64,000 bases of DNA, from the IMG/VR virus record IMGVR_UViG_3300019888_000002, positions 67,158-131,157 of that record; one strand, 5' to 3'. The notes below the pieces were generated by a model. That model did not search any database and had not been told where the DNA came from. It saw only the letters and a list, made by a program, of their open reading frames with translations. The DNA comes from a virus. The translations under genes were made by a program, and so were the position numbers. Positions 63,912-64,000 of the stretch are shown in pieces. Position 1 is the stretch's first letter. Every line of letters starts with the position of its first letter.

Positions 63912-64000
63912 CGCCGGTTCCTCGCATCGAGCGCTACATGATCGACCGGCTGCCGAAACGGAGGCATCTCGTCTTCGACCGGAAAGAAGAACCCGATCTC
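63908..64000 (-). CDS. 3' end of the upstream structural gene (partial)
   Basis: Open frame EIGFFFPVEDEMPPFRQPVDHVALDARNRR* ending in an ATGA overlap. Confidence 0.45.
   Translation of the reverse strand, partial: EIGFFFPVEDEMPPFRQPVDHVALDARNRR

Overview
This window is a 64-kb internal segment of a large, high-GC, contractile-tailed (myovirus-like) actinobacteriophage. LysB, WhiB and DUF732 point to a mycolic-acid-containing host (Mycobacterium/Gordonia/Rhodococcus/Nocardia group). Its architecture recalls Bxz1/E3-type phages; that comparison is inference, not a search result. Essentially all real genes are on the minus strand, the exception being an SNF2-like helicase at 49438-51309. Reading right to left: (i) baseplate operon (hub with muralytic domains, spike, wedge, baseplate J, an HNH intruder, two large baseplate/tail proteins); (ii) NrdH and SNF2; (iii) replication/recombination block (helicase loader, DnaB, primase, J-domain protein, probable SSB, DnaE, RecA, resolvase, Cas4-like exonuclease, sigma-region-4-like HTH); (iv) a separate collagen-like tail-fibre module; (v) about 26 kb of more than 60 small accessory genes in short operons (ThyA, RuvC-like, LysB, HIT, methyltransferase, MazG-like, WhiB, PNKP-type phosphatase, Acb2/Tad1-like, DUF932). 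No integrase, repressor cassette, CRISPR array or intein was seen. The most interesting unexplained signals are: (1) a repeated regulatory cassette at about 10 operon heads, made of a SigA-like extended -10 (TGGTACAGT) overlaid by GTAC-core heptads with an 11-bp period and followed by a C-rich AACCCCC(AC) start-associated element; (2) a tRNA-like RNA with intact acceptor, D and T arms but two structured insertions replacing the normal anticodon arm; (3) a roughly 115-nt multi-stem RNA element just upstream of dnaE; (4) a probable nucleotide-signal sponge (Acb2/Tad1-like) and a very acidic peptide among the promoter-proximal accessory genes. All calls come from reading the sequence by eye; no database searches or folding programs were run.
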